Below, in pieces: positions 24,985 through 38,120 of a DNA stretch of 64,000 bases. This DNA is from Sphaerodactylus townsendi (taxonomy: Eukaryota): assembly GCF_021028975.2 (NCBI RefSeq), contig NC_059426.1:44826001-44890000 (forward strand). Direction: 5' to 3'. Each line of letters opens with the position of its first letter. The first letter of the stretch is position 1. The position numbers and the translations under genes were made by a program. The notes under the pieces are model-generated. The model was given only the letters and a program-made list of their open reading frames with translations, searched no databases and was not told the DNA's origin.

Positions 24985-25416
24985 GGCCGTTTCTGCATGG
25001 CAGCATGGACCCGAAGACGCTGGGACCGTCCGCACGGACGGTCCCGGGAAGAGGCGGGCAGCCGGCGCCGCAGAGCGCCGGCGCCCGCACGACCCGGCTT
25101 GTCCCTGGGCCTCGAGCGGCGCAGGGCAGGGGGGCGTGTCCCCAGGCCTCGGGGACGCACCGGAGGCCCAGGGACAAGGTGAGTGCCGGATGGGGGAGTC
25201 GAAGTGAAGCGGCTTCACTGCGGCGTTTCCCCAAAAAGAGCGCTAGGAAGCACTCTGGGGAAACGCCGGCTCCAGGCCGGGTGGGCGGCGCGAGGGCGGC
25301 GCGGCTGCGCTGCAGCTGCGCCCTCGTGGCAGTTAATGGCAGCGCCTGGAAGACGGTGCTTTTACTGTTCTCCAGGTCAAGGGGTCAAGCTTCTCTGGCC
25401 ACGTATGGAAACGGCC
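24985..25416. mobile_element. CpG-rich PIF/Harbinger-like MITE
   Basis: TIR GGCCGTTTCTGCA / TATGGAAACGGCC, 3-bp TSD AAA. Confidence 0.85.
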
Positions 25417-25790
25417 AAAGAAATGATTTTGAGACTAACACAGAACTTTATTCAGGTGAAGTTGTAGGAAGCTGCCCTGGCTTTTTAAACATTGTCAGGA
25501 TAAAGGATTATGACACAAAAGAACATATGATTTTTCTATTAGAAGCGGGTCGTTTTCAGAAGGGGAGAGGATGAAACAGACTACATTCTTTGTTGGCTAC
25601 TCTATTATGGTTATTCCTCAGTTATTCCTCAGTATATTGAACTTGCCCCACCAATAAGACACAATCTGACATAGCACACACTTAATGTTTATTAATTAGC
25701 ACTTCAACTGATCATCTCAACCATATGATAGCTACTTCGTCTATTATTAAGGAGGAGTGGTTAATATTCCTATTTATGCCACTCTTTTAT

Positions 25791-26090
25791 GAAGAAGAAG
25801 AGTTTGGATTTATATCCCCCCTTTCTCTCCTGTAGGAGACTCAAAGGGGCTTACAATCTCCTTGCCCTTCCCCCCTCACAGCAAACTCCCTGTGAGGTAG
25901 GTGGGACTGAGAGAGCTCCAGACAGCTGTGACTAGCCCAAGGTCACCCAGCCGGCATGTGTGAAAGTGAACAGGCTAATCTGAATTCCCCAGATAAGCCT
26001 CCACAGCTCAAGTGACAGAGCGGGAAATCAAACCTGGTTCCTCCAGATTAGAGTGCACCCGCTCTTAACCACTATGCCACTGCTGCTCCT
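25791..26090 (-). mobile_element. Full-length young tRNA SINE with (CTT)n tail (gecko Squam3B-like)
   Basis: Head AGGAGCAGCAGTGGCATAGTGGTTAAGAGC, B-box GGTTTGATTTCC, (CTT)n tail; closely similar to 56788-57060. Confidence 0.9.
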
Positions 26091-26162
26091 GCGGAGACAA
26101 GAGGTTTCCTTTTTTTCCTCAGGACAAACAAAAAAAAAAAACCTTAACCCAACTTCTAACAG

Positions 26163-26243
26163 CACCATCTTAAGCAGAGTTACCCCTTCTAAACTCATGA
26201 AGTACTGTGGACTTATAAGGAGGCAATTCTGCTTAGGATGGCA
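26163..26243. repeat. ~80-bp dispersed palindromic repeat
   Basis: CCATCTTAAGCAGAGTTACCCCTT...AAGGAGGCAATTCTGCTTAGGATGG; related copies near 36757-36830 and 61905-61964. Confidence 0.6.
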
Positions 26244-27759
26244 CTGTGTTAACACTGCTTCTCTATTTAGCTACCAGAGACCATGCCTAGCTAGAAAACT
26301 CACTGAAGAAATCACACTGCAACGAGGTCCCAGTTGCTTGTAGTGTCCCAATGTTTGGGACACTGAATTTCAGCACTATATAACTTCATCTGTACACACA
26401 TGCACTTTTTAAAAAAATTAAATTTACACTTATATCCTGCTTTTGTTAGATTAAGGAAGGCAGCATATGCCAGACACCTCAGACATCATCCTTCCAGGAA
26501 TTGACCAGATCCAGACATCTTCAACAAGCTTATTCTATCATGTTTTACTTACTATATCATATGCCTTCCAAGACTCGCATGAGACCCAGCCAAGAACAAA
26601 TCAGATATGTGAATGGGCACCTAAAGATCCTGAAGTCTCTAAATGTCCATGTCATTTGGGATAAATGAATTGGTTAGTCTNNNNNNNNNNNNNNNNNNNN
26701 NNNNNNNNNNNNNNNNNNNNNNNNNNNNNNNNNNNNNNNNNNNNNNNNNNNNNNNNNNNNNNNNNNNNNNNNNNNNNNNNNNNNNNNNNNNNNNNNNNNN
26801 NNNNNNNNNNNNNNAAGGGACTCACCCTGTTTATAAAATAAGCCATTCATTTCGCTTTCCAATTATCCTTATATATAATAGGTGATCACAATTCTGCCCT
26901 AGTACACTTGTGATCATAATACCAAACACATGTTTGACTCAAAATATTCATCAATACTTCTTCCTCTACTTCTCTCCCTCCCCATCTCATGAGTTAATAT
27001 ACACCTCATCCTCACACCATATTTAGAATCACTGCATAATTCATTTTATATAGGAACACATTTCCTATGCTGCATTCATTTGAGTGGTATAAGAAGGAGA
27101 TTTGTGTTTTGAATTCTACCTTTTCTAGCAATACATAATACAATCTGCTTCCCTTCCTGGGCTTTTACTACTTTCCTTGTAATCCCCTCTTCTCCCTCAC
27201 TTTTGCTCCATTGAATACTCATGGGTCAGAAGAATAAATGGGCAAGGGAGGGATTAATTATTATGCTAAGTATGCTGTAGGCTAGAGCTACTGGCAAATT
27301 GAAGCTCTTGCTGTAGTATAATTATCTGATAGCACTTAGGCTTTAAAGAATGGGCCTATGCATCCCCCTATCATGAGCTCCTTTAAAATTCCCCTCAGTT
27401 CAGAAAAAAATGGCTGATCCCTTATCACACGATAGAGGAGCAGTGGCCATGTCTCAAATAAGAAAACTCAAATATCAATAGTTGTCAAAATCATGAGAAA
27501 AATTGCCATGATCTTTATGCTGTAGCATATGTCAAGTAGAGCCATTAGGAAGGCATGATAGGGGGAAGTTCTACAGTGAATAAGGTCCATCTGCCTTTAA
27601 ACAGTTGTTTAGCCTACAATTATTATTCTCCCATCAAGCTAGTACAAGAAGCTGTACTTGTAGAAGTCTAATTAACAGAGGCCATTGCAGAGACCAGATT
27701 GGTTCAGAATATGTTAACATAAAAGTTCCTCCTGTGGGTGCAAGAATGGGGAAGGGGAA

Positions 27760-27876
27760 ACAATTTTAATCGCCATCTGAATTTTTATAATTTATATATG
27801 GTTCTTAACTGGGATTAGTGTGAAATGGATTTTAACTGTTTTATATAATTGATGGACACCGCCTTGAGCCCTTCGG
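27760..27876 (+). mobile_element. L2-type 3' end running into an N-gap
   Basis: Ends CACCGCCTTGAGCCCTTCGG immediately before the Ns. Confidence 0.6.
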
Positions 27877-28195
27877 NNNNNNNNNNNNNNNNNNNNNNNN
27901 NNNNNNNNNNNNNNNNNNNNNNNNNNNNNNNNNNNNNNNNNNNNNNNNNNNNNNNNNNNNNNNNNNNNNNNNNNNNNNNNNNNNNNNNNNNNNNNNNNNN
28001 NNNNNNNNNNNNNNNNNNNNNNNNNNNNNNNNNNNNNNNNNNNTCCTTCCATAAGGAGATACCTTCACTGAACGTTACAGTAAAACTCTCACAGCACAGG
28101 CTGTCCTGCCATCTGAGAAGTAGGCATTAGAGGTATATTATATGGGGTTTTATCTGTTCACAAATCCTACAACTGTAATATTTGTCTAACTACAT

Positions 28196-28934
28196 AAGCA
28201 TGGTGGCTAAGTTTGCAGATGATACCAAATTATGTAGAGTGGTGAGAACCACAAAGGATTGTGAAGAGCTCCAAGCAGACCTTTATAAATTTGGTGAGTG
28301 GACTAAGGAATGCCAAATGCAGTTCAATGTATCAAAATGTAAAGTCATGAACATAGGGGCAAAAAAATAAAAAAAAAATCCAAACTTCACATAACGCGCT
28401 GCAGGGATCAATGCTATCAGTCACAGACCAGGAAAGGGATTTGGGCGTCTTAGTTGATAGTTCCATAGGAACGTCAACTCAATGCATGGCAGCTGTGAAA
28501 AGGACAAACTCTATGCTGGGGATAATTAGGAAAGGAATTGATAATAAAACTGCAAAGATTGTCCTTATATAAAGCAGTGGTGTGACCATACTTGGAATAT
28601 TGTGTTCAGTTCTGGTCGCCACATGTCAAAAACAATATTGGATTAAAAAAGTGCAGACAAGGACTAATAAAAGAAAACACTTCTTCACACAATGCATGAT
28701 TGGTGTTTGGAATATGCTGCCACAGGAGGTGGTGATGGCCACTAACCTGGATAGTTGATCTGAGATTGCAAATGCCTTAGCAGACCAGGTGCTCGGGAGC
28801 AGCAGCAGCAGCCCATTGCTTTCACATCCTGCATGTGAGCTCCCAAAGGCACCTGGTGGGCCACTACGAGTAGCAGAGTGCTGGACTAGATGGACTCTGG
28901 TCTGAACCAGCAGGCTCTTTCTTATGTTCTTATG
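28196..28934 (+). mobile_element. CR1 LINE, 5'-truncated with an internal deletion
   Basis: RT motif VAKFADDTKLCRVV...MQFNVSKCKVM, then ERDLGVLVD and LEYCVQFWSP; jump to RTNKRKHFFTQ near 28660; (TTCTTATG)2 tail. Confidence 0.95.
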
Positions 28935-29671
28935 AGGTGGTGCTCTACTGGTACCCAAAATGCTGGGGTCTGCCTCTTTGAAAGTGGGGAATCAGTGAGT
29001 GTCTTGAATTATGAGAGGGGGCAACTATTATGAGTTTTTTTCTACCAGAGTTTGAGAAGGTGGGTTTCTGCAAAAAATTCACAGGAAACCGGAGTAAAAG
29101 TTTAACAATGTTATTAGAAAAAGTAAAAATAATAAATGTGTAGGCACACAAATGGTCAAAGCACACAGAGAATTCACACAGTCCTATGATATAGATAGTG
29201 TGATGGTAAAGATTTGAAATAGATTGGGATTTTGAGGAATGAGGTGATAACTATTTGTTCTAGAAGAGGATTGGTTCAATGAGCAGAGTTCAACAACCTG
29301 CATTTAGCTTCAATAGAGGTGGGGTAGAAAGCAATACTGGGAACAGTATTAACCAGACAGAGAGTAGTCCTGGAAAATACTGAACACCTTGTGGACAGTC
29401 TAGTTATAAAGGGAAACAGTTAAACTTTCCCAGAACAAAGGCGGCTTTTGTTCTCTGAAGGAAAAATAAGAGGAGGACACTTAGGCTTAATGTTCCAAGT
29501 CAAGGGAGTGCCTGGAGATTATTAAATTTTTGGATAGAACTGCTGTCATTACAGCTCCCGGATAATACCAATGCAGATTAAGGCAGTCATTGTTCAGGTT
29601 ACTCAGGAAACCTGGGATTAGTGTTTAGAAGCTGGCAGGAACTCTTGATTAAATTGGTTAGCATAACCTTT

Positions 29672-30194
29672 GGCCGTTTCCGCACGGCCGCCATGCGCCC
29701 CCACGCCGCCAAGAGTTCTGCCGGCGTGGGGACGCAAGCCCGTTCGCACGCAAGCGTGCGAGCAGGCCAAGCAGAGGCCCCCGCAGGAGAGGCGGCTCCG
29801 CACGGAGCTGCCTCTTCCCCCTTCTCCGCCCCACTCACGATGTCTCTGTCGTCGCCTGCTGGCCGTGGAAGCCCATACGCTGCCCTCCGACCCTGGAGTG
29901 TGGGAGGACAGTGTGGGCGGGGCTTCCACCGAACCAGCAGGCGACGACGGCATCGCGAGGGCGGAGAAGGAGAAATCTTCCAGCGGCGCGGTTCGCACCT
30001 TCGCCGCCGGAAAGACGCTTCCCAACAACAACCCTTTAAAGGGTTGTTGTTTAGAAACGGCCTGGCGCCGCCCTGGAAGGCGCAGTCAGGTCAGCGCTGC
30101 TGCGTTGCAGCAGCGCCGCCTGTGCAAACGGCGGCCTGGGGGCGGCGTTTTTACCGCCCCCAGGCCGTCGTTTTTGGGCCGTGCGGAAACGGCC
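29672..30194. mobile_element. CpG-rich PIF/Harbinger-like MITE
   Basis: Perfect 18-bp TIR GGCCGTTTCCGCACGGCC / GGCCGTGCGGAAACGGCC, TSD TTT. Confidence 0.92.
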
Positions 30195-30459
30195 TTTGTT
30201 TCACAGAAGCAGGTCTGTTGCAGTTGAAGTGGGAACTGGCAGAGGCTTTGTCTTTTCCAAGTTGCTTTAGGAAAAGTTGAGGCTTCTATTTGCAAGTAGA
30301 GGCTGGCAGGAGATTTTGCCCAGGCAGGTTTCTGTCCATATTGGTAACACTGGGCCAATGCAGGTATGGCATCCATCTTCACACCACATTGCTAGGCTAC
30401 CTCTAAGGTTGGCATGATAAGTAGAGACACTGTTGCCCTAAGAAAATAGGCCTCCACAC

Positions 30460-30595
30460 CAGTGGTGGGATTCAGATAATTTAACAACCCGTTCCACCGG
30501 TGGGATTCAAATAATTTAACAACTAGTTGTTTACAAGCACCATTTTAACAATCGGTTCTGCCGAAGTAGTGTAAGCCTGCTGAATCCCACCGCTG
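30460..30595 (-). mobile_element. hAT MITE, CAGTGGTGGGATT family
   Basis: TIRs plus TSD CTCCACAC/CTTCACAC; reverse copy of 61410. Confidence 0.88.
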
Positions 30596-33499
30596 CTTCA
30601 CACCCACTATGGGTCTGTCTGGTAACACTACTATCTGTTTGCCTGTGCCCAGTCTGCCCAGTCTATCAGTGTCAGGTGACAACAATTACTCTTTCTGGAC
30701 AGTTTCAGTGAGCTGTGTAGGATTTTATAAGAGTTTCCCTGGCTAAGAACAAAGTTAAGCTGTGATGCGTCCATACAATTAGAATGTCATTTTTGGCAGA
30801 ATTTGGCTGCTCTCTCACCACCCAAGAATAAAAGTAAAAATCCAACAATGCATGCTATTTCCACATATTTCTGAGCCTACCTATAGCTGCACTGTCTCCA
30901 GACTAAAATAAGCAAGACAAGCTTTTGAGAGTGATATAAAAATATGTGATTCAAATGACCCATTCTAAAATGGTAAACAGCTACCTCTGCCTATTTCTTT
31001 CAGGCTACATAATCACCATATGTAACAATATAATACCAGTGGGGGTATTTTTTTTTTTTTAAAAAAAGAGAGAAGTTAATCCATCTTTGAGCTGGATTAA
31101 TTCCCAGTGAAGCTTGGGGACAGACATCTGTTTCTCTTCTGGCTGGAAACACTGTCCTCCAATAAATGTGCGTATACATATTTGTGTCAGTATCCTCACT
31201 GTAACCCTGTTCCGGCCCTGACTTAAGTTCCTTCTCTTGTGTGCTACAGGGAAACATGCTCAAGTTGCTTGAAAAGAGTATTTATGACAGTTGGACACCT
31301 TTCTGATTTGGGCTTGGAGTAAGGAAGGATCTTTTTTTTTTTTTAAGCTCCCTGGCTCATCTGGAGGTGGGAGGGGGGAGAATGAGTGTTTGCTAAGGAG
31401 GTAGTTGACAGGAAAATCAGTATTAGCCTCCAGGGCAGCACAACCAGATAAATCCTAGGCTGGCTCTTATGACTGAAACATTGGAAAATGAAAAGGAGAA
31501 AAGAGAGAGAGAGAGAGGAGAGGGCCTGAAGTGTTTATGTACCTTAGGCCTCGAGGTAAGTAGGAGTGAAACATAAGAGGATGAAAAACAAGGGGGTGAA
31601 AGATAATGGACATGGCATCCTCTAGGGATATAAGCCCCTCCTTCCCAGACTGTACATTTTGTATGCAGAGGTTACTCATTTATTAAGGTTTGCAAAAATG
31701 TTTTTATTTATTCATTGGCCTGGAAAACCCAAGATGTCTGTTTGCAGCCAAGTGAATTATATGGAACTGATGGTTTGGACTGCAGACACAGCACAGATAC
31801 GTCCTACAATAATCATAGCCCAGTCAGTGTGAATTGTTATTGGGTTTAAAAAGGCACGATGGGACAAATCCAGATAAAGCCATTCACAAAGAGTGTTGGA
31901 AGGCTGTTAATCTTCTCCTCTGCCTTCTGTGTTTTGTTGTTGTTAACTAGATAATGTGCACCAGGCAGGGCCTTCCAAAAAATGTGCCTCAGTTTGTATT
32001 TATTTCTCCTCTTTTTTATAGTCACACTTGGAAAATTAATAATTCAATGTTCTAATATTAGCTGTCATCTAAGCTGTGATAAAATTAATAATTCATTCCA
32101 GTGATATCCAACAAATGGCACCTTTTTATTGTGGATGAAAGAGGCACTTTGCTGTACTTGAGGAACTGGAACTGGGGAGTAGCCGTGTTTTATTTCAGAT
32201 CAAATGCACCTTTTGGAATATATTCAAAATACAAGAGTTTTTTTAAAGGCTTTCAAATAGCTTGCTAAGCTTTTTCTGTGCTGTTTTGCCTAATAGCTCC
32301 CAATGCCAGCTTCACAGAACAAGTAAAGCTCTCTTTCTGAAAGACAGAAATACATGAAACATTTTCCTGGCTCTTTTTCTTTTGGTATCACACTACAAGT
32401 CTTTTCAGCGAATGCTTCTACCAACCTGTGGTGTTCTGGATTAATTCCAACCTGAATTATTGCAATCAACCTACTCAAATGCTGCCTGCAAATTTGCAAA
32501 TAATATTCCATTTGCAGCAGCCATGTAACTATGTGTGTATCTGCACATTTGTTTGTGTTCTGTTGTTGGTAGCCAGGTACTGTCTTTCATTCCAAATTGT
32601 GATGGCTGCAGTTTACAGTAGGTATGGCTATTTCCACTTACAAACAGAAGCAAATTTTGCAGGAAACACTCATCTCCAGGCACCATACATTGAATGAAAG
32701 CAATGTAAAGTTGCTGTGCAGTCTAGAAAAAAATCATGTAGGTGTAAATACTAAGTTTGCTTTACTTTTACTTTACTTTGTTTAGATTTCTATCCCATGC
32801 TACCCTGGCAAAACTAAGCCAAGGGTGGTGAACAACAGTAATATCATACAATAAAAATAATACAATAAAATCTCATATAACAATCAAATCTGCCTTAATT
32901 CAATTCAAAACAGTAATAACATATAACGTCTAATATTAGAACAGTCAAAGAATGGCCATCATAGGACTTCCCGGTCGTTGAAGAAAAAAGGAGTCATCCC
33001 TTAAAATAAGACTCCCACCAACCCCTATTCCCTTAATCATGATTTCTCTCTCTCTAATATAACAGAGAGGGTAAAGGGAAAACAATAAGAGAGGAAGAAA
33101 GGGGGGAAAGGTAGAGAAGAAGGGAAAGAGGAGGCTAGAGTAGATACTAGACCACGACTTCCTCAACCATGGGCTTGGGAGAACATCTTTGTTTTCAGTT
33201 CATGATAGCCCATTCTGTTGTCTCTCTCAACTTTGGAAGAACTGAGATTGTTAAACTGAAATGTCAAGATCTGGGAAATTCTTCCTGTTTCCTCACAACC
33301 TGTTGCTTTCTTCCTTCTGACCAATTCCAGAAAGGGAGAAATTGTCCTTGGAGTACTCCCATATATGCATGAAAAATATAGATAATGCACTTTGATACCT
33401 GCACCCTAACCAAATTAAAGAGTTTGTATTTCAGCTAAAGGTTTAATACTTCTCCCTTACTGAGAAATAAATGGAATTAGACTGAAGGAGGAACAAGGG

Positions 33500-33660
33500 C
33501 TTCTTAATATGAAACCTGTGTGTTATTTGAGAGAGTATTGCTCTCCACCAGAATAATGTGTACCATTCCTCTAGATACCCTATCCCATGCTCTAGATCCC
33601 ACCATTCAGCAATGGTGGGTGATTTCTTTTTTAAAAATTGCAGTATTACATGCAATGCCA
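33500..33660 (-). mobile_element. Possible old L1 ORF2 C-terminal fragment
   Basis: LQFLKKKSPTIAEWW resembles the L1 motif WKxxxxPTIxEW. Confidence 0.35.
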
Positions 33661-33726
33661 AATTACTTCCTGATTTTTTAAAAAAAAACCAAAGTGGCAT
33701 AGTGCAACTCTAAAAAGTGCCAGGTG

Positions 33727-34116
33727 CAGAGGTGGGATCCAGCAGGTTCTCACAGGTTCTCGAGAGTAGGTTACTAATTATTTGTGTGTGCCGAGAGGGG
33801 GTTACTAATTGGTGATTTTGCCATGTGATGTTTGCCTTAGTTACGCCCTCCTCTCAGCAGTAGTTCACAGAACTTGAAGCAGTCTAGCAGGAGGTGCACC
33901 GGCGTGGGTTGCAGCCTGTGCCTGCGTGCATTTGTTTCCTGCCCAAGGACAGGCGCAGCGGCTACATCCTTGCCACAGCCCCGCCCAGGAATGCCCCTCC
34001 CCTGGAATGCCCAGCCACGCCCCCGTCATGCCCTGCCCACCCCATTGGCACTATGCCACAGTTTGAATCCCACCACCATGGGAGCCTGTTACTAAAATTT
34101 TTGTATCCCACCACTG
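33727..34116. mobile_element. hAT MITE
   Basis: TIR CAGAGGTGGGATCCA / TGTATCCCACCACTG, perfect TSD GCCAGGTG. Confidence 0.9.
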
Positions 34117-35930
34117 GCCAGGTGCTACTGTTTTACAGTAGAGTTGCTAGTGATTTCTAGAGCTACCTATATCAAGCTCCCCCCTTTTTTAACGGGAAGT
34201 GACTTGATACCCCAACCAGTATTGCACTCCTCATATCTTCTCCCACAATTCTTCTGCTGGTTAACAGGCATTGCCTGGCAATCCTGTCCAGACCAATCAA
34301 ACAGCCATCACAGAAGGCAAGTTGCCAGAAGAATGAGGCTTTTTCAACTGCACACTATTCTCACCTTGCTTGCAGATATGCTGCCTTAAACTACAAAAAA
34401 AGTGAGGTAAATCTGTTTTAGTAAATAAATAAGCACACATTTTCCCCAACATTCTCCTAGAAACTGGTCATTGCAAAAGGCATGAAAATACAAACTTTAC
34501 TTATACTGAGTGGATGTTCACATGGGTCTTTTGAAAAAGGGAGGAGAGGGAGAAGAAAATGGCTGAAGGGGAGTCTGGACAACTACACAGGGGCATGGTT
34601 AGGCGACAGGTATTTGGTGGAGCAGAGAAATAAAGACCATTTCAAAATGATTCCATGAACAAAGGAAGCTGATTCAAAAACTGATGTTAAAAAACATGGT
34701 GGTAAAATGCTTGGAAAAACCATGGAGTGGAAACAGAGGGAAAACATTTCTGGAACCAAACAGAGGAAAAGACAAGCAGAATTCAAAGAAAAAAATGTAG
34801 TATTTGCTGTCAAGATACATTATAAACAACTCATGTGGAAAAGGTCATTGCTGTGAGGAGTGGATTATTCACACAACATTGTAGAGAGAATGTCATGCAT
34901 GGATGCGGAAAGAGGAGTTACAGTGGCAACTACCACACCTCTTGAAGATGAGTAAATGGTACCAAAATTTGTTCCTAGTATTGTGGAGGGGGTCAATTTG
35001 AGAATTTCATATTATCATATTTTTCCAGTCGACTCTCTTCTGTCTTTCCTTTGCATATAAAAGTTGTATTTACTAAATTCAATTTGGGGCTAGTATCAAA
35101 ATATATTGATTCGCAAGATAAATATTGACTTGACTACTGGACTTGACCTCACTTTCCCTCTATATTTACTTCATGAGTCAATAGGGCTAGAAACTGATCT
35201 GACAGGAGTCAATAATGCTTTAAATTCTAAAAAAGAACTAGCTGCTTTTCTATTCAACAACTACTGCTATGAGCAGATAAGAAGCCTGAACAAATGTAAC
35301 AATTTACTGCATAGATGCATGAGGTAAAATTGTCCTGTCCGGTAACTGTTTCAGCACTGCACCAGGCTACTTCAGGCCAACTGTGCTATTTCAGGCCAGA
35401 CTCGGTAATATTTAAAATATTTAATAGTGACCTATTGCTTTCTAAATTCCCTGTGGTTTACCCCCAAGATCTTTGAATCTGGCTCTCAAATAAATGCCCC
35501 AAGAGATATGTTAAGACTTTTCATCCTTAGCCTTCGGAGAAACATACTTCTTGCTTATGGGTAGAGATCTCTGTTTTCCTCTTTCAATTTTGCCTTTTCG
35601 TTGAGGGAACTCATTAAAATATAACCATTTTTGAGAAGAAAAAAAATTAATGTCACATTCTATCACATTTTCCCACAAGATACTTGCCTTTTCCTCATTT
35701 GTGGACAAACAACAGTTATCTTTCTGCCCTTAAGTTCATGTAGACTTCACACTTATTTATCTTTTGCTTGACCTTGCAATCACAACAAATGCCTTTGTGC
35801 CCTTTTAATAAAGTCTTCCAGCTGTGTGTCTCCTCCCTTCTTTCCAATTCGTTTAGAATGCAGATTAGCTTTGCCTTTCTGGTTCATGAGTATCACAAAT
35901 TTGATCTATTAGTTACTACAGACTCTAGAT

Positions 35931-35958
35931 CAGGGGTAGGGAACCTGCGGCTCTCCAG
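35931..35958. mobile_element. 28-bp remnant of the palindromic CAGGGGTAGGGAACC MITE
   Basis: Identical to the first 28 nt of 44787 and 58172; flanked by CTCTAGAT on the left and CTAGAT on the right. Confidence 0.8.
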
Positions 35959-36139
35959 CTAGATCATCAAGAGGCACTGGTGTAACCCTATCAGTACCTC
36001 ACATTAATCAGCTTTCTGGTTACTGAAATGTTTTGGTTGATGCCATTAAGTTAGACATGCTATATGTTGGCAACACTTACATAAAACTTCCCTAGTAGCA
36101 ATCTGTAATTTGGTTCACACATGTATGTTCATAATGTTT

Positions 36140-36600
36140 GTTTGCTTGCTTGTTTGTTTAGGGAATTGATATGCCATCTCTCCAGAAACTGGCTTGCGGT
36201 GACTTTAAAATCACTATGGTAAAGCACCAAACCAAGAGCATAAAAGAACAAAAATTATCAATATTAAAAGCATAGCCATAAAACATGACAATGTAGAAGG
36301 TAACCACAAAACAGCTTATGAAGTAAAGCCTCTTAATTAAAAACCTGTGTAAAAAGAAATGTATCCGCTGGACATCTCAAATACAATATATGATCCAGAT
36401 AAACCCCAAAAGGAAGGGAAATTCCAAAGGTGAGGTGCCACCACTGAAAATACCATGTCTCTAGATGGCAACCACCTTACCTCTGCAGGCAAGGAAAAAG
36501 ACAGCAGGGCTTGTGAAGTTGATGTTAATAACTGGTAGCATGTGAAAAAACAGTCATTTGTGTGCCTTGGTCCCCAAAGCATTTGATGACATGATAACAT
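36140..36600 (-). mobile_element. L2 LINE 3' fragment
   Basis: SRDMVFSVVAPHLWN resembles the L2 motif RxRAFSVVAPxLWNxLP; (AAAC)-type tail on the left. Confidence 0.75.
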
Positions 36601-37586
36601 GAGCTCTAAGTGATGTCATGCAAGTAATAATTGAGCCATCAGAGATGTAATATGTGACATCATCTCAAACATGTGAATAGTTCTCACAATAAGTAATCAT
36701 ATGTAAGAATTCAAGTTATGTGTATGCTTGTATGAAACAGCCTGCTGACCACCATTATAATCCTAAACAGTCACACCCTTCTAAGTCAGTTGACTTCACC
36801 AGGTTTAGAAGGGGAACTCTAATTAATATTACACAATATAGAACCAAGTCTTGTTCTCTGAAGATAGAATTTTTGTAGATTTCAATCTTCACATTGTTAG
36901 ATCCAGTTAAAAACTTCTCAGAAGGTATGGATCTTTTTCTATTTTCTCCTCAAAACAGCCTGCAGTTTGCTCGGAAAATCTTTTCATGGCCCCATCGGAG
37001 GGGGGGGGGCAAATCTGCCCATGGGTGCAGCCTATGTCCATTCCAACAGATTTGCCCTCTCAGGGGAACTTACCCCAGTGGAAGCGTGAAACCACCAGCA
37101 TACAGCAGTAGCTGCTGTCTCCAGGGGTGGTATGCAGTTCAGGATACTTCGGCAGCATCCCTGCACCTCTGCCACCACTGATGTAGTGGCGGTGGTCCAG
37201 GGAAATGGCTGGGAGAAGTGTCCACTTTAGTTGGCTCCCTCCTGGTTATTCGCTGCCTTACTCTGGTGGGGCTTAGTTTAGACTTAAGCCATCAAAAAGG
37301 CAGCCTAAGTCTATAGAGCCTTATAGAGGCTTCTCAATGGCAGGGAGGCTTTTTATCTTTGCAAACCTCCCCAGCTGCCAGGAAATCTCTCTGGGAGCAG
37401 TGGCACAGGAGGAGAACCATGGTCAGCCACCTGACCACTTGGATGAGACTGTCAGACTGTTGAGAGATCCTCATGTAGAAAATGGTCCATAGTAATTGCC
37501 TCCTCCCTGCTCTTCTATTGCAGGCCGTTAGTAGGAGAAGAGAATTTGATCAGATTCATCCTCATCACTGCTGCATCCTACACCAT

Positions 37587-38120
37587 GGCCCTTTCCGCAT
37601 GGGCCAAATACAGCGCAAAAACGGCAAATACGGCAAAAACAGCGCAAATACGGCAAAAACACTGTCCCCAGGGAGCTGTTCGCATGGGGGGCGCAACTGC
37701 TTTGCAGCCGCGCCACCCTCGCTCCTCCCCAGCAGCGCGAAGCCACCATTTCCCCACCTCGCTCCCTGAGCGAGGTTTTTGGAAAACGGCGGCTTCCAGC
37801 TGCTGCCATGCGAACAGCAGCGGCTGGAAGGCGCCATCCCTCCCCCCTTTGCCCAATCGACCTACCTTCTCTGTGACCATCCGGCACGTTGCTGAGGCCT
37901 GGGGACACACCCCCTGCCCTGCGACTCCAAGCGGTCACGCAGGGCAGGGGGCAGTGTCCCCTGGCCTCGGCAACACGCCAGACGGTTGCAGAGAAGGTAG
38001 GTCGATCAGACGACAGCACTCCGCGGCGCAGTCTTCCCTTTCGTTCGAACGGTCCCAGGGGGGTTGGGTCGGCGTCATGTACGCCGACCCAACCCTCAGC
38101 ATGGCCGTGCGAAAACGGAC
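37587..38120. mobile_element. CpG-rich PIF/Harbinger-like MITE with a 151-bp internal hairpin
   Basis: GGCCCTTTCCGCA / TGCGAAAACGGAC ends, TSD CAT; hairpin at 37856-38006. Confidence 0.85.

Noticed and set aside
24985-25416. CpG-rich patches as gene promoters (also 29672 and 37587)
   Set aside because: Each is delimited exactly by TIRs and a TSD.
29621-30280. 219-aa and 185-aa ORFs, and similar ORFs at 25005-25574 and 37528-38253
   Set aside because: They are open only because they cross GC-rich MITEs; no transposase or other domain is recognisable.
28978-30383. Possible solo LTR around the 29672 MITE
   Set aside because: The composition is LTR-like, but I found no matching TSD or clear TG...CA termini.
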